From assembly GCF_002571385.2 (NCBI RefSeq), contig NW_019217898.1, positions 74,317-138,316 on the forward strand: 64,000 bases of DNA, written 5' to 3'. Position numbers and translations under genes: made by a program. Shown here piece by piece: positions 37,201 through 50,405 of the stretch. A model generated the notes under the pieces. That model was not told the origin of the DNA. It searched no databases and saw only the letters and a program-made list of their open reading frames with translations. The stretch's first letter is position 1, and each line of letters begins with the position of its first letter. This DNA is from Stylophora pistillata. Lineage: Eukaryota.

Positions 37201-40200
37201 AACAATGAACAACAACAACAAACAAACAAACAAACAAAACAGAAACTACAAAAAAAGCAAAACAACAAAAACATTCAAACACTATTTGAGTCAAAGATGC
37301 CTCGTTCGCGTCAGTTACCGTTAAAAGGTAAGCGGCCAGGCTACTAAGCAAGATGAGAGATAGCGCGTCCATTAGACAGAGCTGAATAATGAAATGCTAC
37401 GTCCGCGTGTATGCGGTCAACAACGCGGGCTCAAGTGTCCTAAAATTTAGCGAAATTAGCGGAAAAAAACAAGGGCTGAGCTTTAAAACCGAGGAACTCT
37501 CTTTTCGTCGAAGGCACTTTCCTATTTTCAAAGGTTTAAAGGAGAAAATTAATTTTTGAACATTTTGAAGGGGTGTACCAAATTTTTAGAGGTTGTTCTG
37601 TAAAAGAAAAGCGGCAAGGAAAACGACGCCTCGAGGCAACAGAATAGGAAATCAACCATGCGAACGACTCAAAATCTGTGTTTCCGCGGCAAAACCTGGC
37701 GCATGCGTATACGTTATTCAGCTCTGTCCGTCCACTACTCTGTAGACTATCCAAATTCGACTATTGGTACAATTCGATACATAAAACTTGTATGGTGGGG
37801 GTGAAAATGTTATGGTTTCCAGAGCAAACTTCTCACAACAGCGAAATCGTGGGTGATGGATTCCGACGGTTCACAATCAAAGGTACCAACCCACCCAATG
37901 GACGGTAGCCTTTGACTTCTTGCGATGAGGGAAATTTTAAAGCACTGCATAGATGTGTTCGGTAAGGTCAGTACTGAATAACCTTTGTCAAGATTTTTTA
38001 GCACTGCCCCATAATTTATTATGCATACAATTCTTTGATAAAAAAAAAAAAGAAACAAAACAAAACACAACAATGCCCTTGGGCTTGCGGCTTTGTTTTT
38101 ACAGTAGTATGGGGCAGTGTGTGGAATCAATGCGTGTTATGTTTTTATTGGAATGAGGTAATAGTTGTACCCACCTTTGATAAAGCATATTCTCTGTTTC
38201 ATATTCTTTGGCTTTGGAATCGTGAATAGACCTAAAAGTACGAATAAATCAGTTAAAAGTTGAAATAACAAAACTACCGTGAAGGGAAACTAAAAGATGG
38301 TACACTGATGAATGCATCTCTCCCAACTCTTTGGCCTCTAGTATCCAGGTGTTACAAGTGGGCGAAATTTGTTCTTTTTCTCGTTTGAAGAGGTTCTTTA
38401 AAGAGTTTTTTTTTTCAGTTTTCCAAGCTCTATAAATACTCCTTAATCACACTCATCTGGAAACAGGTGAAAAGTATGGCATCATTTTTGTGGATTTGCT
38501 ACTGCATTTATTTATTTTAGCATCTATTCTTTATCAAGGTCTTTCTTTGCTAAATAGGTATTCATTGATATTTTTTCCTGGTATTTTTCTTAAGAGATTA
38601 AACTCAGGGACTAATAATTACACACACACACACACACAGAACCAACAGTATAATTATTGGATGAGGTTTATGTGATATCTGGAATAATCAAGGTTGAGGT
38701 AAGTGTTATCAGCTGATGCCGAAGGCTGAGGCTGATAACACTAATTGAGACCTTGATTAGTCCGGATATCACAAAAACTGAATCCAATAATTGTTTTATT
38801 ATACATTGTTTTNNNNNNNNNNNNNNNNNNNNNNNNNNNNNNNNNNNNNNNNNNNNNNNNNNNNNNNNNNNNNNNNNNNNNNNNNNNNNNNNNNNNNNNN
38901 NNNNNNNNNNNNNNNNNNNNNNNNNNNNNNNNNNNNNNNNNNNNNNNNNNNNNNNNNNNNNNNNNNNNNNNNNNNNNNNNNNNNNNNNNNNNNNNNNNNN
39001 NNNNNNNNNNNNNNNNNNNNNNNNNNNNNNNNNNNNNNNNNNNNNNNNNNNNNNNNNNNNNNNNNNNNNNNNNNNNNNNNNNNNNNNNNNNNNNNNNNNN
39101 NNNNNNNNNNNNNNNNNNNNTCCGAATCTTTATCTTCAAGTAATTTCTCAATTTCTTGCTGGGTCAATGATGCGAATCGAGAAGCCATCCTTACTTCACT
39201 GTCCGTGAACTTGACATTACTCCACCAGAAATCATGCATTGCACGCACAACCTACAGATTATTCACTAATCTGTAGGTACAGATTAGTGAATAATTTGTA
39301 GGTTGTGCTGTTTGCCAGAATTAACTAGGGGCGTCTAACCAATGAGAAGACAGATGGTGACTACAATGTATAATAAAAAAGATTAATTGAAATCACTGAT
39401 TGTCAAACCTCTTTTTGGTACCATTTGCTGGAGTGGCATATTTTCCCTCTAATGATGAGAGAGTCATCGTTGGAAGAGGGTTTCCTCTGTCCTTCTGTGC
39501 GCTGATGTAAAAGGAAACAAATTAATTAAAATGTGTACAATAACTGCAAATTGCCTATTGATCACTGCAGAGATTAAAAGGAAGAAGTGGACATCACAAA
39601 GTGATTCCTTGATAAGTATGCCATTCCAATAAAACTTGTTAGACAAAGTGTTAATGGAAGTGTTCTTAATTAACAAAGCTCTCTGTGCCTTGGCACATCT
39701 CAGAAACAGCTTTAAAAATCTACAACTCTCCAGTTGAATTTTTAAGTCTTTTTCTTTTCTTCAAGGAATTTGAGTCTTTTGGGCTTGAGTAAAATAAAGT
39801 TGTCGAAAGGAAAACAAAATGCTTTTTGAGATGGCAAAATCATTGTGCCAGTTATCTAAGACAAGCTTATATGCTGTGTAAAACAAATTCCAGGCAACTG
39901 AATGTGCAATCGTCTTATCACATACCGTTTCCTCCAAAAGACAAACAAAGTAATGAGTACTGCCCCAACGACTATTACAATACCCACAATTCCAACCAGT
40001 GCTTCCACTGGCAATCATGTTGCTGTCTGAGCTTGCTTTACACTTACTTCTGGATCTTCCTTAATGGTTGGTTCAGTGATTAAAGTTGCGAAATATGGAA
40101 CTTTGGTGGGTTGGGCAGTGGATGCTGCTGAAGAGCTCATTTGTGTTGGTTTGGTGGATAGTGCTGTAGAGCTCATTTGTGTTGGTGTGGTGGATAGTGC

Positions 40201-43200
40201 TGTAGAGCTCATTTGTGTTGCTTTGGTGGATAGTGCTGTAGAGCTCACTTGCATTGGCTTGGTGGGTATTGTTGAAGGTCCTGGGGCTGAAAATTAATAA
40301 AAATAACAACAGGCATTTTAGTGCAGAGCAAATGTATCCTATCATTCCACACAACTTGAACCGCACAGATAACAAACACCATATTGAGTATCAGAGAATT
40401 TATGCATTTAGGCTGTAATTACTGGGTGAAATATATCATTTTTGTCTGTTGTATTTAAAATTCAGAAGAGTGAGCTTGTAGATACGTGGGTCCAGCAATT
40501 TTTTCTTCGTGGTATATTCATACTAGACAGTCTTTTAGTTGTTCATGTTGAAATAATCTCTGTGCCCCAGGCACATAACAGTTCCATTTAAATTCAAAGT
40601 AAAAGTGAGCTGCAGCCAAACAATTAAATGTTTAGTTTTGTTTTTTTCCTTTACTGATTTACCTGTAGCTGACAAATTACCTCCTACATCAGTTTACTTA
40701 CTTCTGATGTTTCTACTTGTACACTGAAAGAATATTTGCAGTTGACGGGTTTCAGAGCCTTTGGAACAATTGTAATCAAACAGAGCTCCTTTAACAGGGA
40801 TGTGACATTCTTTGAAATCCTGGCACATTGATACAACTTTACTGTTAACATCAACAGGTGGGCAAGATGGAGATGACACCTGCTGTCCACAAGTGTATGG
40901 AAAAGAACCATATGTTGCATGTAATATGTTTATCGTGTATTTGTATCCTGAACAGTTCAGTGCTAAGAAATCTCCATCACAGGCTTTTTCAGCATGTATG
41001 TTGTCTGAACCTGTTACAAAAGAAAGCAAAATATGAATATCAAATAAATTGTAATGTTTGGGCCTTTTTCTCTTATCCAACTTTATTTCTACTTCAGTCA
41101 ACATTTCTTACAGTATTATGAACATAATTACACATGTTTTTTTCTACTGTCTTAGGATTTATCCCAAAGGTTTCTGTCTCTGCTATTACATTGTTTGAGA
41201 AATAAACTGGTTACCAGGTTTTCAGGGTCAATAATTTTTCTCTTTTTTGCCTTGCTTTTTACATTTTCTAAGTGACTATACTAAAGTAGTAAATAAGATT
41301 AGGGCCAGGATTAAGTAGTGTGACACAAATGTCTTCTAGAAATTATACCAAAACAACTCATGAGCACCAATACAAACATATAACAAGTTTATCTTTTGCA
41401 CCTATTAATACCTGGTGTTATGGCAAGGTAGTTTATCTGAAATCCTTTCTGAGTTGCAGTGGTGTTGCCAGAGTGAAAGTTTACTCTGACTGTACTTGCA
41501 GAAGTAGTTATTAACATGGATGTGTTCCCATTGCAATATTTTCCCCCAGTGTGAGGAGATAAATCAGTGAGACCATCCTGAACTTTGACAAAATCTTCCT
41601 TACAAAATGGTGGACTTGAACTTCGTCTTATATCAAAGTGTGTGAACATGAGAACCAAGTTTTTTCTTCTTGGAGCTGAAATGATCCATACACAGTCTTT
41701 GTTGGAGGGGTAACCAACTGGATAGCCTGGACTTGCAATGATGCCGGAAGGAATTGTTGAAAAACTTGAACAATTATCTGAAAAAGCCATTTCATTAAGA
41801 ATACTTTTAAAATTATGTGAAAATTCCTGATTATTTTGTTACTGATTGTGTTTATGCTCTTATAACACTTGATAAAATAACCCTTTCACCTCGAGAAGTG
41901 ACTAGTACCCAATTACTCCTTACAATATCAAACATTGAGGTCACGAAACTAAAAGAAGTGATCACCAACAAAGCTCTTGATTGCTAAACAAATTCTCCTT
42001 GTCAGCACCTTACAAAATGTACACTTTAGAGAACAGTATGGAGAAGATGCATACTGATGTAAGGATGTAAAAGGTTAATTAGCAAAAAATGATGACAACA
42101 ACATGTCTGGGATTCATATAGACTATGAAGATGCAATATTTGTAATGTTTGAAGTTCTCAAACCAAATACACTTACTCAAAAAGATACAATATTTAGTCA
42201 AAATTGTCTTGATGATAATTGAAACAAAGGATGAAATGCTGAAATAGTTACATTTTAAAGGCTTCCATCTCATCATTTACATTCTCATGATAGTACTAGC
42301 CTATCAAGAGAACTGCAACAGCCTTTGTAACTGGCAACAGCCCTTATAACTGTGCTTCAGTATTGTTAATGTTATCATCATACATGAACTTGTCAATATT
42401 GTCTATTTTTCCCAAGTTCAAGGACACAGTATTTACCATAAAAAAAACTCCTATTTGTTAAAAAATGAAACTACTTAAATTTGAGTTTTCTTATTTGTCT
42501 TTTTCAAAGTTAGGGTGTTGTCTCATTAACCCAAATTTTATTGCAATAATAACAAATGGGACTTTCATTTCAAGATACTGTTATCGAGTAAACTTACCAG
42601 CTACATCACTGCAGCCATACACTTCAACTCGAAGACACATGTCAAATCTATGATCCTTTGGGTATATCCTGAGGTACCTTGTTACAAATGTATCTCTAAA
42701 GTTGTTCCGTTTCACACTCTTGGCATCTGAATTTCCAGTGAATAACTGAAAAAAATAAAGGGAAAGAAAATCACATTTCCCACCATTGTACATCAACATG
42801 ATTGTGAATGTGAAAAACCATACCTGAAGACATGTGGAGGATTACATACCCTATCAGAATCACCATCACTGTCTTTGTAAGTCAACCAATCCATTCCATT
42901 ATAACTGTACTTTATTGTATATGTTTTAACATAGTAGCTCAATAAATTCCAATTTTTTACTCCTTGTGTAGCAATGGCTGAAACATGTCTGACCCTCAAC
43001 AAGTCTATCTGAAAGTATTCGGATGTTTCATCATTGTTTTTGCTGCACCAAGCTCCATTATTGTTCAATCTACCATACTCAGGAAGCCAACCAGAAGAAA
43101 ATGTGTTGCTGCTTAGCTGGGAATCTTGAATTTTGTTGCTTTCCATACCAAGAGCATCTGTGCAATCTAAAAGGATTGATGATTAAGAGAATATTTCTCA

Positions 43201-45124
43201 GTTTTAAAGAGATGCAAGGATTGTGATGTGGGAGATGGGGGTTAACTAAATTCCTGTCTGTCTACAGATGGGTTACTTCTTGGCCATCTTTCTTTCTTTG
43301 CTTTTCTTTGTTGTGAAATCATTTGGGCAATATATATTTTTTGTCTCTGTAACAAAGACACTACCAGTGGCATTAGCAAGGTAGCTAAAGGAATCTTTCC
43401 TTTTAACTGGCTCATACACTTATCCTAGAATTTAGGTGTCTTTTTTGTGTGTGAGGTAAAATGTGTGTGGAATTGTTTCTGTGAGAAGTTAACTAGTCCA
43501 TACAAGTTTATGGTGGCCTTTAAATTGTTGGTTGAATTTCATCTCAGTACTAAGGATAATTTTGAAAAACTGAGTTTAAGAATCATTACCACTTCCTGTT
43601 TGGTAAAAAGCTTGTTTACCATATGACAGCCCATCAGAAATTCAGACAGGTGTTGTGAAGTTTCTGGGAGTGCTACATCCCTTTCGGAGATGCTTATTTA
43701 CCATCAGAAAATTAGCCAGATGTTAAGAATTTTCTACCAATCTAGTGCAATTCGGTTATAATGGTCGAATTGTTTCGAAAAGCCCAGGCAAACTAACAGT
43801 CTTTGTGTTTTTAGAGCAAGCTTAAAATATTGATAAACACTGTTGACTTTCTTTGGCAAAATAAAACAATAACAAAATTATGATATACAAGAAACTTCCT
43901 ATTTAGCGAAGGAATATTGCAGTGGCCTAAATATATTATCAATGCTAAAGCAAACAATTGGAAAACGAATGGATCTGTAAGGTATTTTTCTCTCACCAGG
44001 AAATAGAAAGAGAAATTTCCTTAATAGGAGGGGGCGTGTGAAGGGCCGGTCAGTTGGCAAAATACCAAAATTGCAATTATTTTCTGTCTCGCGAATGTTT
44101 TCTGCGACTCAAAGAAGCTTTCTTTCCATAGATTTTCCCTCATTTAGGAACCAATGTGTAAAACATACCCCAAAAGGCTGCGAAAGAGCCCAAATTCTTC
44201 CCGAATTTATCTATAACCTGAATCTCATCGAGCAATGTTTGTTTATTCGAACTTTATGCAAATGACGAAAATCGCTTCTTTGACGGCCGGCCAAGATTCG
44301 TCACACCAAAGTTCTCCCTGAACGAACAGGATTGTATATGTTTTGTTTACACCGAAAAACTGTAGAATAAGCGCTTTCATAGCTTTGATAAACTTGAACT
44401 AACCCTCCTTTTAATCAACCTAAAACAATTATAGTGTACACGTTGTACGAATAGTTCCCGTATCTTTCTTTCATGAAGTAGGCTTAATCTTTTTGTTTAC
44501 AACGCACAAAAGCTAAAAACGACTCCTTCATCAATTGAACTGAACCCCACTGGTTCATACTAAGCGAAAACCAGGAAGAGTGTACATGGTACATTTTATT
44601 ACAACAATTTCAATGACAAACGCAATGAACCTTCGTAAGGACTACTGTGCTCTGAAATGGTTCGTGATAAATATCACTTGCGACTATTGTAAGTTGTTCT
44701 TCGAAGAACCTTCTTGTGAGTACTGGGGAAATTTGAAATTTTCACAGAGGAAATAATAGAATTTGACGCTAGGTTACGTTATCTAATAAAAGTCCGTGAT
44801 CAATGAAAGGAGAATCAAATTCTTTCCAAGAAATTAAACTGCCAAGATACGCAGAAACACATCCTCTTTAATATTTGCAAATTATATTACTTTACTTCGT
44901 CGCTCGATGAGTTGCGTTGTTTTTCTGTAAAGCTTAAAACCTAAATTATTTCATGAACACGTTGAAAGGATTCCTTTTACGTTTACCTCGTGCTTAAGAC
45001 TAGCTGGTATGAGGTGTGAAAAAGCTATTTGAAAAACTTTACCTTGCCGTGATGCGTCGCTGAAAAGGAAGCATCGAGCCACGTAAACTGCGAAGAAGAG
45101 CGCGAGGTTAAAACTCGGACTCAT
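34275..45124 (-). CDS. Type I membrane protein: signal peptide, F5/8 type C (discoidin), CUB, SUEL/galactose-rhamnose lectin, Ser/Thr stalk, TM, Tyr-rich tail. In-frame TGA before the TM; 3' end uncertain.
   Basis: Exons 45124-45043 (signal peptide), 43166-42850 and 42745-42598 (DCTDALGMES..AIATQG..TRYLRIYP..CLRVEVYGC), 41777-41412 (SPGYPVGYPSNKDCVWII..YCNG..VNFHS..KGFQINY), 41010-~40702 (8-Cys SUEL fold), 40286-39926 (stalk + TM), 39501-39422. Candidate tail exons near 36690-36740, 36547-36612, 36102-36147, 34963-34891, 34325-34275. Confidence 0.75.
36765..36948. mobile_element. 184-bp near-perfect palindrome (MITE) with CACAGGGAGCCCA termini
   Basis: CACAGGGAGCCCAGACAAGCGACGAGTCTGGTTG ... 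CAACCAGACTCGTCGCTTGTCTGGGCTCCCTGTG; termini resemble 48368-49182; no clear TSD. Confidence 0.75.
38649..39375. repeat. Interspersed repeat spanning an assembly gap (N at 38813-39120)
   Basis: Hairpin GTGTTATCAGC..GCTGATAACAC; related fragment at 53255-53340; short ORF MASRFASLTQQEIEKLLEDKDS reminiscent of Crypton-type remnants (unverified). Confidence 0.4.
40132..40248 (-). repeat. Coding 36-bp tandem repeat (SSTALSTKPTQM x ~3) forming the mucin-like stalk
   Basis: GAGCTCATTTGTGTTG..TGGTGGATAGTGCTGTA repeated; in frame within the stalk exon. Confidence 0.85.
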
Positions 45125-48100
45125 CTTGACGTACAGAGAAGCCAAAATTGTTTCAAAACAGCCCGGGAAAACTCTGAAGAAGAATTAAATAAACAAAAGA
45201 ATGTTATTCGAGCTCTTAGTCGAAAAATAATTCACAGCATGCCATCAACTTACGAGAGATTGCGTTGCGTTTTCAAGTGAAGCAGTCTTTGTTTGCAAGG
45301 AGGGGGGAGGGCATGGGAAGGGTAAGTCCATGGGCGGTTGTGGGGGAGGGTCATTTCCGCATACATTTTAATTTTGTTGGTTGCGTGAAAAAATGTCAAG
45401 TAGAGAAAAAAGCTGGTCTAAAATATAGCCAGAGTGCAATGAATCCTAATTATAATAATGTAGTATTATTATCTAAATTTTTCGAGGGACGAAAAGATTC
45501 AAAATTTTATTAGACAAAGCTTAAGATTAGCTCGTGTCCAGCTCCCGAACAAGTTAGGATCTGGGAACGAATATTAGGGTTACTGTGGTTGCATAAGAAT
45601 TTTGCTTACGTCAATTAACCCCAAACACATAATCTTGTAGCTTGTGCCCAAAGTATAACTAAAATATCCGAACTGATCACGAAGCAAAGAATTCCTACAT
45701 GCTAAATTCAAAATGTCGACGTAGTAAATCGGTTGGAAACTGAAAATGTCTACGTAGATATACCTTCTACAGATCACTGGGTTTGATCGACATGTTTCTG
45801 ATTAACGTTTTTTTTATGTATAAATGAGTGGTTGTTCAATGTTTTCATTCTAGTTGCCGAAAAACAGGAAATACTTGTTAGTTATCGAAATTTTGAATTT
45901 AAACATTCGATTCACTGCAAAACTTCGAAGATCAGCGAAGTGTTTACAGTGATATAGGAAATCAGAACCCATATCATAAAGCTCTTCATTAACTATGTTC
46001 AGTTCTTCCAGAATAAAACACAACTGGTTTTTATTAAAACTGCAGTTTTGAAGCTCACCTTGACTTCTTAATTTTTATCTTGCTATCTGGATAAAATTGG
46101 AAAAACACCCACAAAACCGACAAACTTATGTCATACCCCCAAGCTAACTGAATTAAGATTGTTATGATCTTTAATTATATAGGGTCGCTAATCCTGCGTG
46201 CGTTTGAACTGATAAAGTTCTTGATTGATTTGGAGAAAATGTTATATAGTTGTTTGCATGATGGCAAAATAAGAAAATGGACTGAACACTCTTCACACTG
46301 AAGATGGGGGTTAGAAAAGGTTAATGAATATCTTGAGAACAGTAACCATTTAGTTTGTATTAGTTAGAAAAATGGGCTATGTGCAGCGTCGTCAAGATGT
46401 CTCCTTCGATTTCTCGTCTCGTGGAATTCTTCGAAATATAGAAGGGGACCCAGAATAGCCAGCGAATATTGCTGTGTTAAATCACCGGCATAAATGTCCA
46501 GATGGTTCTTGTGTAGAACTCGATGTTCGGTTTGCGTGCAACTCAGCTGGCGACGGGCTTTACATAAAATATTTTAAGTGGAAATATAATAACCGTTTGC
46601 GTTTGTAATTGGCCGTGTGATGATCAACAAACCACAATAGCAGAAAATTAGGCTCCAAATGGCAATAAGGTTGCGTCATTGTAAACCATTTTACAAGTTG
46701 GCGAAACCCAAAGAACCTTCTTCTGATCCAGGTCAAAATGACTTCCAATTTCTAAAATGTTTCCCTGAGTCATAAACGTCACAAACTGTTGTCTATTTGA
46801 GAAGTTTCAAGTAGAAGTTTAAAATGAAACCTTGGAGAGGATTTGTTGTATATTGGGCGAGTGCTCTTAAGGTGTTTTCTCATTAGGGGGCAAGTTTATG
46901 ACGAGCTTAATTCGGCGCGTTCCCTTTGGCCTTGAGCCAAATAAACAAACAAGAAAACCAAACGATATTTCCTTACACTGAGCACAAAAGTGTATTAATG
47001 GAGGCACAGATGAGCAGTTCATCAATTTAAAGGCTCTCTTTCCTGTTGGAGAAACAATGAACTGAATGGGGCCGGTAACAAGGCTGTGTTAAACGCGACT
47101 GTTAAGAGTAAGCTTAGGGTAGTTACGCAATAAAGTGTTTATACGAAAAGGGGTACTCTTTAGACAGTCATGTCGTTTTACGGTCTTTAGGCACTTGGAA
47201 AAGTGCCAGACTGTCTACCGCCTTTTTCTGTACCAGGCTGTCCGTTACAACGTTTTTTGCTTATCCTGAGCGACTGAACTACACAAATATGGCCTCTTTC
47301 TCATGTATATGAAATCAAAAGCACACTACTCAGTGAATACGCGCGCGCGAGTTTCGATGCCTCGCTCGTTATCACTGAATTCTAGAAGTATTCTACAAGT
47401 TTGGACGAGTTCTTACAAAGAGTCGTGATTTGTCAGTGACAAGTGGAGTAATTATTTGCAGAAGGCTGAGACAAATAATCGGCCTGCAAGACGCTGATAA
47501 ATCACAATTTTGCAATAATTAATCAGCAATTGTTTTACCATCAGATTACCGCCAAGTTTGCTCTCCATGATTGTTTTCGATATCCGCTCTCTGACAGCTT
47601 AGGGAAATGAATTGCCATTTTCCATGGATCAGAATGGACACAACTAAGCACAAAGAGTATTTCATTGGCGGCAAACTGATAATTAGACGGTATGACGTAT
47701 GATCAGACCAGAGTTAATAGTTAACTCTGATCAGACGTAAACGGTTATTTGCATGACAGGGTTGCCTCTCGACCAATGATAAGTAAGAAGAATTGTATCG
47801 AATGCTAAACGAAATTGTTACCCAAAGCGTGAAAAAAAAGTATTGAAAAGGAACGCGAGGAATATCGGGATTTGTCAGTAACAAGCATGTTTGCCTCGTT
47901 CACAACTCGGATTTGCGTCACGATATAATGGATGCCCTACGAAGTCCAACAGCTGCTTGTTATATCTTGATAATTTGGTTATATCAACCATATGTATCAA
48001 CCAAGTTGAAGTGGTAAATTAGCCACCGTAAAGGGTTAAAAAGCTTTTTAACTCTTTACGGTGGCCAATTTACTATTTCAACTTAATTACCTTGTTACCC

Positions 48101-48367
48101 CGACCGACGCAGGACCACAGTTTCTTTAGAAACTTACCCTCTTTATTATATCTTGAGCTGATTTACGCATGTATTTTGGTTGATACCAATCATCTATTGG
48201 GGACGTAGCAATAGCCTAGATAACGTCACCATCAAGTTTTTTTGGCTACTTTATTGTATAAAAAAGTTAATTTCAAGTTAGCGTGTGTCTGTTCTGTAAC
48301 AGACCACACTGAGATGAGGTCGAAATGTTGCAGGAACGAAAACGTGGCTCACGAGGTGCAGTGTAAC

Positions 48368-49182
48368 CACAGGCAGCCCAAGCTCACTACTAGAAAAGCG
48401 GACGTGACTCTTAACGTGTTGCGCAACGTTTTATATTTATAAAGGTTTGTATGGGATGTTATCGGTTTGCCTTAAAAGAGAGAAAAAAATGTCTTGTTTT
48501 GAAATAAAATGGGCTTACCTTATTGCTTTGTTGTTTTCTTTGTTGATTCCGAGCGTCTCAGGCCATTTTGAAGCGTTTTCGGCGAGTTAGCGCTATGTTG
48601 GTGTTCAACTGCTAAAAGAAAGACAAGGCCGGAAACCTATTTTAGAAGTGTCCGTCGCCCGAAGCAAATAATTCCGCCAAAAAATTACCACCAGTCTCGA
48701 TTCCTCCAGAAAATCAAAGCAGAGATGTTGCAGTTTCATTTCCATTCACTCGATTCCCAATTCCTCCCACAGATCTTTCACTAGCGATGCTTTTATCTCC
48801 AGATCGATCGGCTTTCCAATTTCGNCTCTGCTTTGATTTTCTGGAGGAATCGAGACTGGTGGTAATTTTTTGGCGGAATTATTTGCTTCGGGCGACGGAC
48901 ACTTCTAAAATAGGTTTCCGGCCTTGTCTTTCTTTTAGCAGTTGAACACCAACATAGCGCTAACTCGCCGAAAACGCTTCAAAATGGCCTGAGACGCTCG
49001 GAATCAACAAAGAAAACAACAAAGCAATAAGGTAAGCCCATTTTATTTCAAAACAAGACATTTTTTTCTCTCTTTTAAGGCAAACCGATAACATCCCATA
49101 CAAACCTTTATAAATATAAAACGTTGCGCAACACGTTAAGAGTCAAGTCCGCTTTTCTTGTAGTGAGCTTGGGCTGCCTGTG
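48368..49182. mobile_element. Foldback non-autonomous element, about 356-bp TIRs, 7-bp TSD (P superfamily, Galileo-like)
   Basis: GTGTAAC|CACAGGCAGCCCAAGCTC ... GAGCTTGGGCTGCCTGTG|GTGTAAC; arms nearly identical; about 100-bp spacer containing one N. Confidence 0.88.
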
Positions 49183-49332
49183 GTGTAACATGCCAATATA
49201 TATAATGAACATATTTTTTGGCACCGTCATTTGCGATATTCGTTGCTTTTTCTCAAAGTAATTTTGGTTTTATCAACGAAGTTATTTAATAATGTAAATT
49301 GGCCACCTTACACACTTTGAAAGCTGACGTTG

Positions 49333-49363
<31 letters not shown>

Positions 49364-50087
49364 GGAAACGTGGATTGTGTGTGTGGACGTGTGTGCGTGT
49401 GTACGTGCGTGCGTGCGTGCGTGTGTGTGTGTGTGTGTGGTTTGTTTATATGCAGAAAATGGAGCTACGCGAGAAAAACAAGAATAAATAAGTAGAATGA
49501 AAAGTGTTCGTTGATACCTCAGTTTGGGATTAAGTTAATCAAACATGACATATTCCCTTTTTGGGAATAGAAAAGCATCCCCTCCCTTTAAACTACCATA
49601 GTGTTTAGCAAATGCATCTAAGGTTCTTTGAACTCATATCAAATGATTGAGAAATGTCAGGAATGTTCGGTAATTTTTGGCAGCATGACTCAATCTCGAT
49701 TTTGCTCTTTCCTCATGGATAAATATAAATGTTACTTAATAATTAGGAAATAACCTAGTCGGTAATACGCGCGCGCTTTCATTTATCATTAGGTGTGTTT
49801 GCATAGGAGGATCTTAAACATAGGATTTGTGAGATAAGGCTATAACATTTGGGAAAAAGTTATAAAAGTTGGCAACAGCTTTATTTATTATTATTGCACA
49901 AGATCAACATTATTACAACGCTTCCTATTACAATGAAATTAACACAATTTTGAACAGAAAGTCTCAGAAACCTTCTTCGGTTTATCTGGGAGACCCCCCT
50001 TTACTATTTGAGAAGACAAGTCTGACGGTCTACGATTTACAGATCCTGTACATTGATTTGCATTTATATATATATATATATATATAT

Positions 50088-50405
50088 ATATCTTATTAAC
50101 CAAGCGCGAGGGCCGTACTGGGAGAATATCGGCCCGAGGTCTTGACAGTACGGACCTCGCTGCGCTCGGTCCGTACAAAAAAGACCGAGGGCCGATATTC
50201 TTCCAGTACGGTCCCGAGCAAGCTTGGTTAATAAGAGATTTATTATACGACTGAAGTTCAAAGGGACACAAGTGCGGTATCATTCGGGACCATTCGGGAC
50301 AGTGCCCGGTCCAATACTGAGAGAATATTGACCGGCAATAGAGCATTTTGATTGGTTGATTTTAGTTATTGGCCCTCTGACTGCCCGAGTCGTGTAATAA
50401 GAATA
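50088..50405. repeat. Nested-hairpin interspersed repeat next to an (AT)n tract
   Basis: TCTTATTAACCAAGC...GCTTGGTTAATAAGA outer stem with inner stem GTACGGACC/GGTCCGTAC; second copy in reverse orientation at 59030-59342. Confidence 0.85.

Noticed and set aside
37178-37372. Separate secreted gene starting MDALSLILLSSLAAYLLT
   Set aside because: Signal-peptide-like and followed by a GT donor, but downstream exons fit the receptor's Tyr-rich tail better. Unresolved without RNA data.
38741-39276. Long ORFs in four frames
   Set aside because: Artefacts of the N gap at 38813-39120.
46380-46760. Possible coding remnant in the intergenic region
   Set aside because: Short ORFs only, with no motif or splice support.
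49939-50346. Duplicated protein-coding ORF (similar to 59081-59350)
   Set aside because: Both are translations of the same non-coding hairpin repeat; the differences are mostly CpG decay.
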